A stretch of DNA of 64,000 nt from Rhynchobatus australiae. Taxonomy: Eukaryota. Below the pieces are notes generated by a model. The model ran no database searches, was not told the origin of the DNA, and was given only the letters and a program-made list of their open reading frames with translations. Made by a program: the position numbers and the translations under genes. Within the stretch, counting starts at the first letter, position 1; every line of letters begins with the position of its first letter. This document shows, piece after piece, positions 47,545 through 58,544 of this stretch. The stretch is from the NCBI GenBank assembly GCA_034780895.1, contig JAUZTB010000087.1, positions 53,462,186 to 53,526,185 on the forward strand, given 5' to 3'.

Positions 47545-47685
47545 AGCAATAGAGTTCTCATGAAGTGTCTTGGACCTGAAACGTTAACTCTGTTTCTCTC
47601 TCCACAGATGCTGCCTGACTTGCTGAGTGCTTACAACATTTTCTCCTTTTATTTCCAATTTCCAGCATCTGCAGTTTTTGTTCGA
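47545..47685 (+). mobile_element. Penelope-like terminal repeat, single arm
   Basis: CTCATGAAGTGTCTTGGACCTGAAACGTTAAC followed by 'tctgtttctctctccacagatgctgcctgacttgctgag'. Confidence 0.8.
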
Positions 47686-49381
47686 TTTTCGGGGGTAGAG
47701 TTTCATTAACATTGGTAACTCTACAGGACTATTCCCAACACCCCATTCTATATCTGATGGCCTGGACATTGGCTCCTCAAAGCCATTCTTCCTTGAGGGG
47801 ACCCCTGGATTCTACTCTCTAGTATGTATGAACCTTTCAACAGGAGTCACCTGCTGCTAACTCCTTTTCTCCGACAAAATCCAAAGGGAGTTGGCCAATT
47901 ATTTCAACAGTTGATATCAGCCAACTTCATGGAGAAGGAATGAACCTGGATACTCTCTACAGCAGCTGCACCTTTTAACACCGTGCAGCAGAAGGAGCCG
48001 ATCAGCTGCTTGAAGGAACTACCAAATTAGTTCCACTGCCCCAGCTATTTATTCACAGCCACTGCTGATTTTTCATCTTTGCATGCACATCCAATCCTCC
48101 TTTTGCATGATAACCAACATTCCTGTACCTCAGACTGCTTGTGCCTGTAAAAATGGTTCCTTTACCCAAACAGCTGATTGCACAATCAAAAAAAAGCGAT
48201 GGATTGTGAAGGTGCGTAAATCACCTTCCCCTCCTCTCCAGCACCCTGAGCAGTCCCCTACTTTGTGTCTCTTTAAATAAATAAGGTGGCTCACATTTCC
48301 ATTAGGCTGAGTTATGATTTCAAATGCAGCAGAACAGTAATCCTGCCAGACTTGCAACAGACTTATTAGTATTCTCAAACAGTGGTGTGTAAAATAAATA
48401 ATCTCACCGATTCAAGTAAACAAGAATTCAATANNNNNNNNNNNNNNNNNNNNNNNNNNNNNNNNNNNNNNNNNNNNNNNNNNNNNNNNNNNNNNNNNNN
48501 NNNNNNNNNNNNNNNNNNNNNNNNNNNNNNNNNAGAATTCAATATTCTGTTCAAAATGAAAAAAAGTACGGAAGATAGAACCAACAAACCTAATGCCCAG
48601 ATCCTATGTAAATACTGTTCCATAAATGTCTGGGAGCCTTACAGAAATGAATGCGCTCACTTGCCCTCCTGCAATAGAGCTGCAGTCTCCTGGTATTTAC
48701 TTCTATCAATATTCACAGTCTGGCAGCTAAAAGCTGCTGAGATCGTGGCAGGGAGCAGGCCAACTCACTGAGTGGTCCAGGCAACAAAGAAAGAAGAAAT
48801 TATTCACATCATGCAAGCCAATTGACAGCAGATTCACTCAGTGGACACCCAAATTAACGTCTCAGTGAAAGAAGCCTTTTCTCCCCCTCCTTACTTTGGG
48901 ACTGATATCCTGGTGCCATGACCCAGAGTAGTTAGGACATCAAAGCCAATTGTATCCTTACCCATAGGTAGCTTGCCCTGGGGCAGTGAAGAGCATGACA
49001 GCCGGTCTTGTCCCTACCTATTGTGTACCTACCTCAGGGGTAGTAATGGGTATTAAAGCCAATCCATTTGCACATAGCCCAGGGGCAATTAGCTCCCATG
49101 CTTCAAAGCTCCTCTATGAATGAAGTAAAGGAGAAGCAATTCTTTTTGTNNNNNNNNNNNNNNNNNNNNNNNNNNNNNNNNNNNNNNNNNNNNNNNNNNN
49201 NNNNNNNNNNNNNNNNNNNNNNNNNNNNNNNNNNNNNNNNNNNNNNNNNNNNNNNNNNNNNNNNNNNNNNNNNNNNNNNNNNNNNNNNNNNNNNNNNNNN
49301 NNNNNNNNNNNNNNNNNNNNNNNNNNNNNNNNNNNNNNNNNNNNNNNNNNNNNNNNNNNNNNNNNNNNNNNNNNNNNNNNN

Positions 49382-50258
49382 AAGATGCTTATCAGGATTT
49401 ATAGGGGAATCATGATCAGCTAGGTAAGTAGGCCAAGGAATGGCAAATAGAGTTTGATTCGGATAAGTGTGAGGTGTCGCATTTTAGGAAGACAAATGAG
49501 GGTAGGACTTTCACAGTGAACGGTAGGGTGCTGGTGAGTGTCGTAGAACAGAAAGACCAGGATTAAGTTGTACATGGTTCGCTAACAGAGGCATCGCAGG
49601 TAGACAGGGTGACAAAGAAGGCTTTCGGCACACTGGGCTTCATCAGTGAGGGCACTGAGTATAGAAGTTAGGATGTTATGTTGCAGTTGTAGAAGATGTT
49701 GGTGAGGCTGCATTTGGAATATTGCCTCAGCTATGATCACCCTGATGTAAGAAAGATGCGATTAAGCTGGCAAGAGTGCAGAGGAGATTTACGAGGATGT
49801 TGTCGGGACTCGAGGTACTGAGTTATGAAGAGAGGTTGAGCAGGTTGGGACTTTTTTCATTGGAACATAGGAGAATGAGGGGTGATCTTATAGGAGGTGT
49901 ATAAAATTATGAGGGGCATAGATAGGGTGAATGCACACAGTCTTTTTCCCAGGGTTGAGGAATAAAGAACTAGAGGGCATAGGTTTAAGGTGAGAAGGGA
50001 GAGATTTAAGAGGAACCTGAGGAGCAACTTTTTCACCCAGAGAGTTGTCAGTATATGGTCATAGCTGTCATAGGAAGTGGTTGAGGGTGGTACATTAACA
50101 ACATTTAAAAGGTACTTCGACAGGTACATGGACAGGAAAGGTTTAGAGGGATATGTCCCAAAGACGGGCAAATAGGACTAGCTTGGATGGGAATCTTGGT
50201 TGGCACTGACTAGTTGGACCGAAGGGCCTGTTACTATGCTGTATGACTTTATGACTCT
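49382..50258 (+). mobile_element. CR1 LINE 3' 0.9 kb
   Basis: 'tggcaaatagagtttgattcggataagtgtgagg' (WQ.EF.S.KCE), 'gaacataggagaatgaggggtgatcttataggaggtg', 'cacagtctttttcccaggg...actagagggcataggtttaaggtgaga'; tail ends 'atgactttatgactcta'. Confidence 0.93.
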
Positions 50259-50899
50259 AATAACACTAGGGCCTGGGAATACTAATGCTCTGCCCTTCTC
50301 CTGTAACCTCTCAAACAATCAGACTTGAGTCTGACTCGAGCTGACTGACTCTGGCCTAAGTAAAACTCGCAGAAAAACTAATGCTGGTCAAATCATTTTT
50401 GCTGCTGATTAATCACATTGGAAACCCTATTGCCTCTCCATCCACTAAACAAGGGGCAGAAAGGGGAGAAATAAACATCTGTAAAATCATTCACAGAACA
50501 AAATAAACAGCGAGTTGAGATCCATGATTTTAAAGCAAGGCAGGGGACAGTATGGAAAGAGGTACGGAGATCTGAGCGCACACACAGTACATGTAGGATA
50601 AAATGTTTCAATCACAAAAGGACTCTTCATTCTACGTGATTGATGAAGGTAGCTGCTGTTATGCAGTGGTCTCCGTTTACAACTGGATTTGGTTTCGCAA
50701 AATCTGCATTGACTTTTCTTTTTGTCCCTGTAGGCTTCTGAGCAATTTAGTCATAAAAATTGATTGGGAAATCCTTCAGTTCAGCTCTTCCGACTGCCGG
50801 TCACTTTCATAACATCCAAGAACATTCGAGGAGCTTTAAGTGTACAGAGTCCTGAGGGTCATCAGAGGTCAGGAAACAATTTATTGATTTAAAGAGAAG

Positions 50900-51235
50900 C
50901 ATAGGGAAAAAAAAATTAAAAGAGGGATAAGGTAGACAGACAAATGAAAAGAAAGACAAAAAGAGACCCAGTAAAAGAGAGAGAAACAAAGGAGGTAACT
51001 GAGAGGAAAGAGAGAACCAGACAGCAATATCCATAACAGAGCAGAGGAGAAAATTGAGGGAAAAGCGATATAGGAAAGATGCAAGAATGGAGCCATAGGG
51101 AGAATTAAATAGGAAGCAAGATAGAGAAACAGGAATGGAGGGAGTAACAGGGAAAATGGGAGAGGTGGAAATCACAGAAAGAGCAGGGAAAATGGACCAA
51201 AAATTGATAAAGAGCAAAGAAAAAAAAATTGGAGG
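50900..51235 (+). repeat. Purine-rich (GA) low-complexity tract
   Basis: About 330 bp of mostly A/G. Confidence 0.8.
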
Positions 51236-51639
51236 GAATCAAACACTGAACATGGTTGCATCAGATTTCTCTGTCCATTATTTACAGCCTATTCAAATAA
51301 GCAGGTTACCACTTCTGTTGGAGAGACAGAGACGGAGTTTTGAGAGTGTGTTGAGCATCCATACCATGGTATCACACAGTAACATTTACTTAACATGCCA
51401 AAAGAATGAAAGCACTGTGATATAAGAAAAGAACTCTCTAACCTCTGCAGGTATAGATACATCTCAATTTCGATATAATAATTACTGGAAAGCAATCATA
51501 CACTTGCCTTTTCACACCCTATGTACACACACTCTCTCACAAGCCTGCAGGTATACAAACAGGCATGCATATACAGCGTGTATCTTTGCCCGCAGTGTCT
51601 CCTTGGATCAGCCAGGCACTATGCCTGCCTTCTGCTGCC

Positions 51640-51870
51640 AACAGCTGATCTCGATGTAATGGGGAGCAAGCTCAAGGCTCATCTCAAGCTATCGATTAGC
51701 TGCTACTCTTCTGAAAGATGCTATACTTTCTGTTGCCATCTCGTTCACAACGGGTAAAAATTGTCCGAACTAATTAATGTCATGAAATGTCAGTTTGACA
51801 TGGCATGACAGGCTGCCTTTCAGACTCAGCTGTTCCCTGCTATTAAATGATATGAGCATCATACAACTTC
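51640..51870. promoter_or_regulatory. Candidate CNE containing a TGACA palindrome
   Basis: TAATTAA abuts the inverted repeat TGTCATG-aa-ATGTCA-gtt-TGACAT-gg-CATGACA (51778-51810). Confidence 0.35.
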
Positions 51871-52489
51871 ATTCATATGTTCTCCTCTTCATCCCTGCAT
51901 TTACTGAAGAGCACTTTTGAGTGAACAACACATTTAGAATTCACATCCAATATATATTTTTTCACTTTGCAGAGCATCTGGTCTCTTTACATCAGATCAG
52001 TACAGACAAGCTGACAATATTAAGAGACATCAAATCCCTTTCACCCCATTTTCATTCCTGCCTTCCTGCACTTTCTAGTTCCTCCGGAAGTCTGGAGGTG
52101 CAGACAGGGATCCCAGCTTAGTGTGGGGCTTGTCCTGTGTAAGGTCCTTCCTGTCCCTGCATAAACTGCCACCACTCAGCGCTATTGGTCACTCGTGAAT
52201 AACAGGTGTTCAGTAAAGGTATCCAACACTCTGTGGAACCATTACCGTCAGCTTGTAGTCCAGCCCTCCAGTAAGGGGAGTGGAGAGATGACTAGGATAG
52301 ATACATCCTTTGGCATGACTTGCACTGCCGCTGAAGGTCTGAAATGGGCTGTGGGGGAAGGCTTACCCCAAAATATTAGCTTCAAGACCTCTCATTCAAT
52401 GACATTCTCACCACGAGGAGAAAGGGCAGGGGTGTGCTCTTCATCATCCAAAGAACCTTCTTACTGTGGTGCAGTGTAGTTTATTATCA

Positions 52490-52780
52490 AACAACAGATC
52501 CTGTTAGGGTTCAATAGATCCTCGTATATATCAATAAAGGACATATAAGATCAGTGAATTTCAATAGATCTTACTATGGTCCTATAGGTCCTACTATGAA
52601 CCAATAGATCTTTATTATAGGTCATTGAATCTTTGTAGATCTTATAATGAACAAACCTATCTTGCCAAAGATCTTATATAAAATAGTGGGCCTTACCAAA
52701 AATCAACTGAGCTTACTCAAGGCCAGAAGATCTTATCAAATCAACAATAGATCTCATGGCAAACCAGTCGATCATACATC
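52490..52780 (+). repeat. Degenerate ~20-22-bp minisatellite (CAATAGATCTTA core)
   Basis: 'caatagatcc', 'caatagatctta', 'caatagatcttt', 'gtagatctta', 'aagatctta' and 'caatagatctc' recur. Confidence 0.7.
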
Positions 52781-53009
52781 AAACTATTTCCAAAAGCCAA
52801 CTGAACCAATCCAGAATCATATATTTTCAAAAGAGTTCAATGTAGTAAATTAATGGGATTCAGATATTCTTAATCATCCAATTGAATATTAAAATAACAT
52901 TAATTCATTTTCCCATCATTCTTTAAGACTGGCCTCAGTTTTCAGATTTAATTGTCAAGGGAAAACAAACTAAAATACATTGACTGTGCTTGGTGTAACA
53001 ATAAGAAAG

Positions 53010-53600
53010 CATAGGGCACTGACTCTTGTTGGCTGAGAAGTGCTGGTCCACTATTCCTGTGCATGCCTGTACTGGGAAACGTTGATAACTGAGCTATTCA
53101 GCTGTGGAAACAATCTAAACCAAGGTGATGTGGTCGTCACTCAACATCCCTGTGCGTGTATAACCAGTGGAGACCCTGGCTGGTGATCAGGAGTGCAAAT
53201 CCAGTAGTTAATTGTTGGGGAGATAGAGTAGGGCAATAGGCCCTTCAGCCCATGGAATCCACGCCAATCATCAACTATCCATTTACACTAATCCTACACA
53301 AAGCCCACATTCTCATCAATTCCCCCAGATGCTACCACTGACCTACACACTAGGGGTGATTTACATCAGCCAATTAACCTACCAACCTACACATCTTAAG
53401 AATGTGGGAGAAAAACAGAGCACCCAGAGAGAACCCACGCAGTCACAAGGAGAACGTGCAAATTCACACACAGGCAGAACCCGAAGTCAGGATTGACCCC
53501 GATCACTGGCGCTGTGAGATGGTGGCTCAGACACCCAGATGCTAATTGTATTTTCCCCACACTCAGCAACACAGGCCAGGGGTCAAGCTTGGGTCATGAC
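53010..53600 (-). mobile_element. Ancient SINE (as at 28940) interrupted by HE1
   Basis: 'gcactgactcttg...gagctattcagctgtgg...ctggtgatcaggagtgcaaatccag' resumes after the HE1 as 'actcagcaacacaggccaggggtcaagcttggg'. Confidence 0.45.
53225..53530 (-). mobile_element. HE1/V-SINE
   Basis: 'ggcccttcagccc...ccaattaacctaccaacc...agagcacccagagagaacccacgcagtcacaaggagaacgtgcaaa...ctggcgctgtgag'. Confidence 0.88.
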
Positions 53601-54124
53601 TCAGGTCCATACTGTGTGATGCATCAGAAGTACACAGCACAGTGGCCCATTTTAAGTTCCATGTAATGTGACCTTAGCAGCTAGTTACAATGGGTCTAGT
53701 CAATCTAAACTAGATAACAGCCCATATATCAAAGTACTGTAAACCACTGTATCAATATAAATAAATATATTGATTGTGAAGCACTTAAAAATAGAATGTG
53801 TGCAAGGCATGATATGATGCAATGTAAATTGTATGTAATGTAATTGTGATGGAATGTAAGTATGATCTTTTTTATTGAGAACTGACTCAGATGAGTGACT
53901 GTTTTCCTGTGAAACAAAATATTGGATCAACTTTCTGCGAGGTTGCAGTAACTCTGGCAGATATAAGTTGTGTCAAACACCTTTGAAGTCAGCATTAGGA
54001 AGATCTGGTACAGGTCAACGCGAACCACTCACAGATGTTAGTTGGGACGAGTTAGCTGGCTTCTACCTGCAAACCAAGTCCATGTTGAGCAATATTCAAA
54101 GCAAGCAAATGCAGTTTCTTTCAC

Positions 54125-54300
54125 TCTCTTATTGATGGCCCTTGCACTTTATTTGTCTACCTGCAATGTACTTTCTCTGATACTGTTATTGTTTTCCTTC
54201 ATGTACTTTTATATGGAATGATCTGTCTGGTTGGCATGCAGACAAGAGCCTTTCACTGTACCTCAGTACATGTGACAATAATAAACAAATTACCAATTCC
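54125..54300 (+). mobile_element. Rex1/Babar 3' UTR
   Basis: 'atggcccttgcactttatttgtctacctgca...tttcactgtacctcagtacatgtgacaataataaacaaattaccaatt'. Confidence 0.85.
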
Positions 54301-54563
54301 ATGTGTTGGAAGACAACTAAGGACAGTGGGGTGGAGGGGAGTTGGTTTGGTAGTGATGGCACCGTTACAGTCGACATAAACATCATTGGGCTTGGCAGAA
54401 GGAAAAGATCAGGCAGGACCTGTTCATGATCCAGAGAATTCTGCTGGAAAGTCCTGGTGTGACTTGACAGCAGCCCCTCATCAATTAGCTTTACAGCACT
54501 CACATGCAAAAAGTGGACATCGAAGCCAAACAACTAAGGGTTAACTTTTTGTATTTTCTGAAG

Positions 54564-54591
54564 AAGAAGCAAGAAGAGTTGAATTAAAAAG
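54564..54591 (+). other. Candidate 28-nt micro-exon
   Basis: Pyrimidine tract 'ttaactttttgtattttctgaAG' (NAGNAG, weak AAG acceptor) and donor AG|GTAAGA; only one frame is open (EARRVELK). Confidence 0.25.
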
Positions 54592-54944
54592 GTAAGAATT
54601 GAGTTTAAGGGTGAAATTTGTTCAGCTACTTTCATTGTTCAACAAGCCCAGTGATTTGTGGGCACCCAGCTTTCCAGCTGATTAAATTCCATCACCGGAA
54701 AATCAGGGATGCAAGTAGCTTTCATATGTAATTGCTCAATCCATACTCTCCTTGAGTAAGGCTCCATGCAGGAAGGAGAGCACCTTAGCCCCATCACTGA
54801 CCCTTCTGCACACATTGGAGCTCAGGAGATTCTATCCTATCTCTGAATTAGCAAATTGTGAGGTAGAGTCTTGGGAACTAAGGCTGGGCAGATACTGGGC
54901 AGCAAAGAGGGACTGGCATGTTGTGAAGGAAGATATTTAGCCAA

Positions 54945-55085
54945 GTCTTCCATGTAAATGTGAAAGATCCCACAACATGATTTTTATTAAGGGAAAGGGA
55001 ATTCTCTCTCGTATATGGCCAATATTCAATTCTAATTACAATCGCAGAAAAGACCACCTGGTCATTACCTAAATATTATTTAGGG
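54945..55085 (+). mobile_element. Deu-domain SINE core remnant
   Basis: 'gtgaaagatccca...gggaattctctctcgtatatggccaatatt...aaaagaccacctggtcatta'. Confidence 0.5.
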
Positions 55086-55127
55086 AACATTGATGTCTTA
55101 AAATTGGTTGTCAGGTTTCTTAGGTTA

Positions 55128-55697
55128 CAAATGCTACCTGACTTGTTGGGTATTCCCAGCATTCCAATTTCAAGCATCTGCAGTTTTTGTGTTGCTTTGC
55201 AGACAAATGGGAAGTATGATCTTGTTCCTCCATTTACATACCCAGCAACTGGATTGGAGGTGGGAAAAAAAAGGGATCTGAGAAGATATAGGTAATTCTG
55301 TAGTTTCCAAAACACCAACTGGTTATAAAAGTGAATGATTGATTAGGAAACACTATTTGCATTAGGATTTGTTATAGAGCGAAATAGGTTATAGTCAGGA
55401 AAACCTGTTCAAATCCATGCTNNNNNNNNNNNATAGTTTTTTTCTGCTGTGACGTGACTTTTTATAATGTGAGGTTCCTTAGGAAATTGACGATTGTGTT
55501 ATAGCAAAACTACCTGCACAGCTCAAAAAAAGATAAGGGAAAGGGCAGTTTAATGCATAATTGCACCTCGCTGGGCAATGCCATGCAGTTCCATAATTTA
55601 ATAAGTTTATTAAATGAGTCCCAAGCATCATGATTTGTCGATCATTGTGGTGCTGAGTTAAAGCCAAAAAATATTTTCAATCAATCAAGTAGTTACA
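55128..55697 (+). repeat. Local duplication, copy 1 (includes a PLE arm and the extra segment 55292-55521)
   Basis: Aligns by eye to 56394-56762, e.g. 'acccagcaactggattggaggtgg' with 'acccagcaagtggattgtaggtgg'; 'ccaagcatcatgatttgt' is in both copies. Confidence 0.85.
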
Positions 55698-56289
55698 AGA
55701 GTGATCAATCGTCGACGGCACTTGGAAAGTACTACATTCACTGTAAAGGGACTTGGGATATCCTGATATTGGGAAGGATTATATGATTGCAAGACTTTCT
55801 TTAACACAAATTCCACAAATAGCAAGAAAATGCAACACAAAAGGAACATGGAACATACAATTAAGGGACGCCAATGGGTAAATTACCGATTCAATTTTTG
55901 TAATCTCAGAAAGACAAGAGAGAGGAAAAGGAATAGAAATTAGCAATTCAGATGCACCAACCTACCCCAGCAGTGGGGAGGCCACGTGCAAAGGTGATGC
56001 AGTTTCTTTCCCCTAGTGATCGAGACTGACAGAAAACAGACAGCAACAAGCAACAGTAACAAACAGGAGAAGGAAAAAGTGGAAGTACATATCCACAGAA
56101 CAAACAATGGGTAAAGAGGTTCTTTAGGTGGATGAGAGGGAATATTTCACAGCAGGATACCTCAAAGTAGTTCAACATAAATACAGGTATGTAGCACTAA
56201 CATAATTTCAGCTAAATTCAGTTCCCTGAATCAGCAAAAATGAGTGCATGTCTTCACTGTGACACCATCTAAAAGGGTAGCATTTAGGC

Positions 56290-56475
56290 AAGATTCTCTG
56301 GAGAGAGAAACAGAATTAGCGATTCGGGGCAGTGACCTTTCATCTGATGAAGGGTCGTTAACCTGAAGCGTTAGCACTGTTCCTCACTCCTCTGATGCTG
56401 CCTGACCTGCTGAGTGTTCCCAGCATTCTCAGCTTGTACCTCCAATTTCCAGCATCAGCAATTTTGTTTTGTTTT
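56290..56475. mobile_element. Penelope-like fold-back element centred on CTGATGA
   Basis: gacctttcatc-t-gatgaagggtc palindrome (axis 56345); arms 'ggagagagaaacagaattagcg' and 'cgttagcactgttcctcactcc'. Confidence 0.75.
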
Positions 56476-56762
56476 GCAGGCTAACAGGAAGTGTGAACTT
56501 GCTCCTTCAACTTATGCACCCAGCAAGTGGATTGTAGGTGGAAAAGAAGAGATGTGAGGAGATATAGCTCAAGAAAAGATATGGGAAAAGACAGCTTGAT
56601 GCATAATCATACCAGTGTGCTGAAATCACTGGGGAATGGCATGTAGTTTTCTGATTTAATAAGTTTAATAAATAAGTACCAAGCATCATGATTTGTAGAT
56701 TATTGTGGTTCTGAGTGAAAGGTTGGGATCCAAGAATTCTCTCTAATCAATTAAGTAGTTTA
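56394..56762 (+). repeat. Local duplication, copy 2
   Basis: Homologous to 55128-55697, with the junction 'gatatag|ctcaag' at 56567/56568. Confidence 0.85.
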
Positions 56763-57457
56763 CCAGCCTGTGGGAATATGTTCAACAGCAGGCCACGAAC
56801 GAACCTGGGTCTGTTCTTTAGAGGGATGGACACTGGTGCTAGGTACTATCACTGACCCCTTTGTCCTGGTCAGCAGAGTCAAGCAATGACAATAACGTAA
56901 GAAAAAAAAGCGAAGGGAGTTAAAAAAGAGGAACGTAAGCATTGGTAAAAGTTAACTAGACTTCATTCCCACTCAAAGCCCAAACTCAACTTGGATTATG
57001 GTTCTGCAGATAGCAGGGTGTGGTATCATGGCCGTATGATTCATTTTGCATGAGGGCCAATAAACTATTTGACTATATGAAGCATCACAGCTAAGCCTAA
57101 TCCTGCTCATAACTGATTGTCTATCACCAAGGATCACTCATTAGGGAACAGTCACAAGAGGGACTGTGGCTGAGCTTTGCATTGCCCCTATCCAGTGACA
57201 CTTCTGAAATAAATTAACTGGTCATTGCCTCATTCCTGTGCATTAATTAGATGTCGTATTTGCCAAACAGCAGTAGAAACTAAACTCGGGAATGATCCAC
57301 TGGTTGTGGTGCACATGGCCATGCCCTGAAGATGTACATTGTGCTGTGCTGAATACAAGTAAACCCTTTCTTTTCCTCTCCAACCTTGATACAAGCTAGC
57401 AACAGGATGCTGTTAAAGAAATGTATGATCTGCATGTTTTCTCTTCTCCATTGTTAG

Positions 57458-57488
57458 ATGGAACAACGACAGACTCGAAATTTCCCAG
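57458..57488 (+). other. Candidate 31-nt micro-exon of an unidentified host transcript
   Basis: Strong acceptor 'tgttttctcttctccattgttAG' and donor CAG|GTGAGC; two CpGs within 31 nt; all three frames are open (e.g. WNNDRLEISQ). Confidence 0.4.
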
Positions 57489-57619
57489 GTGAGCACAGAT
57501 GTACAAAATAAAACTATGGGGAGGAGGGGGCTGCGGAAGGGAAGAATCCAATCAAAGCACAGGAAACACTTTGCAGTCATTTTCTGTCACGCAAAAAGCC
57601 ACTTGTGTGACCGACCAAA

Positions 57620-57900
57620 ACACATTAAACACCCTTCAAAATATTCTTTCCAAATGTCACGGTCCAATAAGCAATATTGCAAAGCTCCGCTTATTTTCCA
57701 TGAACTGCTGGTTTCCAAGGAATTAATTAGCATCACCTGTGTTAATTATACCAGCAAACCAATCAGCGAGTCTTTTGCTAATTAGGTTTCCTTCATTAAG
57801 GCCGGAAATTGCCATGGTGACACAAGTCACCTGGGGAATGTTATGAGGTAACAGATACTTGTGCCAATTTAATAAAAAATATTTTTAATTTTTTTTGAAG
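57620..57900. promoter_or_regulatory. Candidate conserved non-coding element
   Basis: AATTAATTAG, TTAATTA and CTAATTAG sites, two CCAAT boxes and an E-box CACCTG; repeat-free and next to the candidate exon. Confidence 0.38.
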
Positions 57901-58204
57901 GAGCAATGCAGTTTGTTTATCTCTAAAGGGAAAAGAAACAAAAATATCTGATTACAGTGGGCTTTTTTAAGACCCTGGGGTTTCCAACACATTGGACTCT
58001 TCTGGCAATTACTAGTTTTAATTTAGAAAACTTTTCATAATTTAATTTATCACTGGATGTTTACAATACAGCAAAATGCTTTCCTCTATCCTTAACAGCC
58101 AGGACTGTGCACAGATAGACTAGATCCAAGGCTGGATATTCCCCAGACCAACCATTGCTAATGAGGGTCAGTCGCTGCATCCAACTCATTCAACATCTCT
58201 AACA

Positions 58205-58420
58205 TTACAAAAGCAAAAAATGCTGGAATTCCTCAAGCAGGTCAGGCAACATCAGTGGAGAGAGAAAACAATTTCTCTCCCTTTTGCTCTAACAGAGAAC
58301 ATTTTAAAAGAAATAGAGAATACCCTTCTTCTCCCTCTACAGATGCTGCTTAACCTGCTGAGTATGTCCAACATATTCTGTTTATATTTCAGATTTCCAG
58401 CACCTCCACTTTTTTGGCTT
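58205..58420. mobile_element. Penelope-like fold-back element (hammerhead part absent)
   Basis: 'gcaggtcaggcaacatcagtggagagag' pairs with 'ctccctctacagatgctgcttaacctgc'. Confidence 0.7.
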
Positions 58421-58544
58421 TTTGCTGTCTGATGGTTATATACAATATTATACAAAGTGTTAACAATCAATCTTCCTGTCAATTTTTCACATTATGGCTA
58501 TGATTGGACTATATCTACCTGCAATTACATCTTCTGTCTATTAG

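Noticed and set aside
50807-51217. Hydrophobic 136-aa minus-strand ORF resembling a membrane protein
   Set aside because: It is the complement of a purine-rich low-complexity tract, which gives F/L/S codons by composition.
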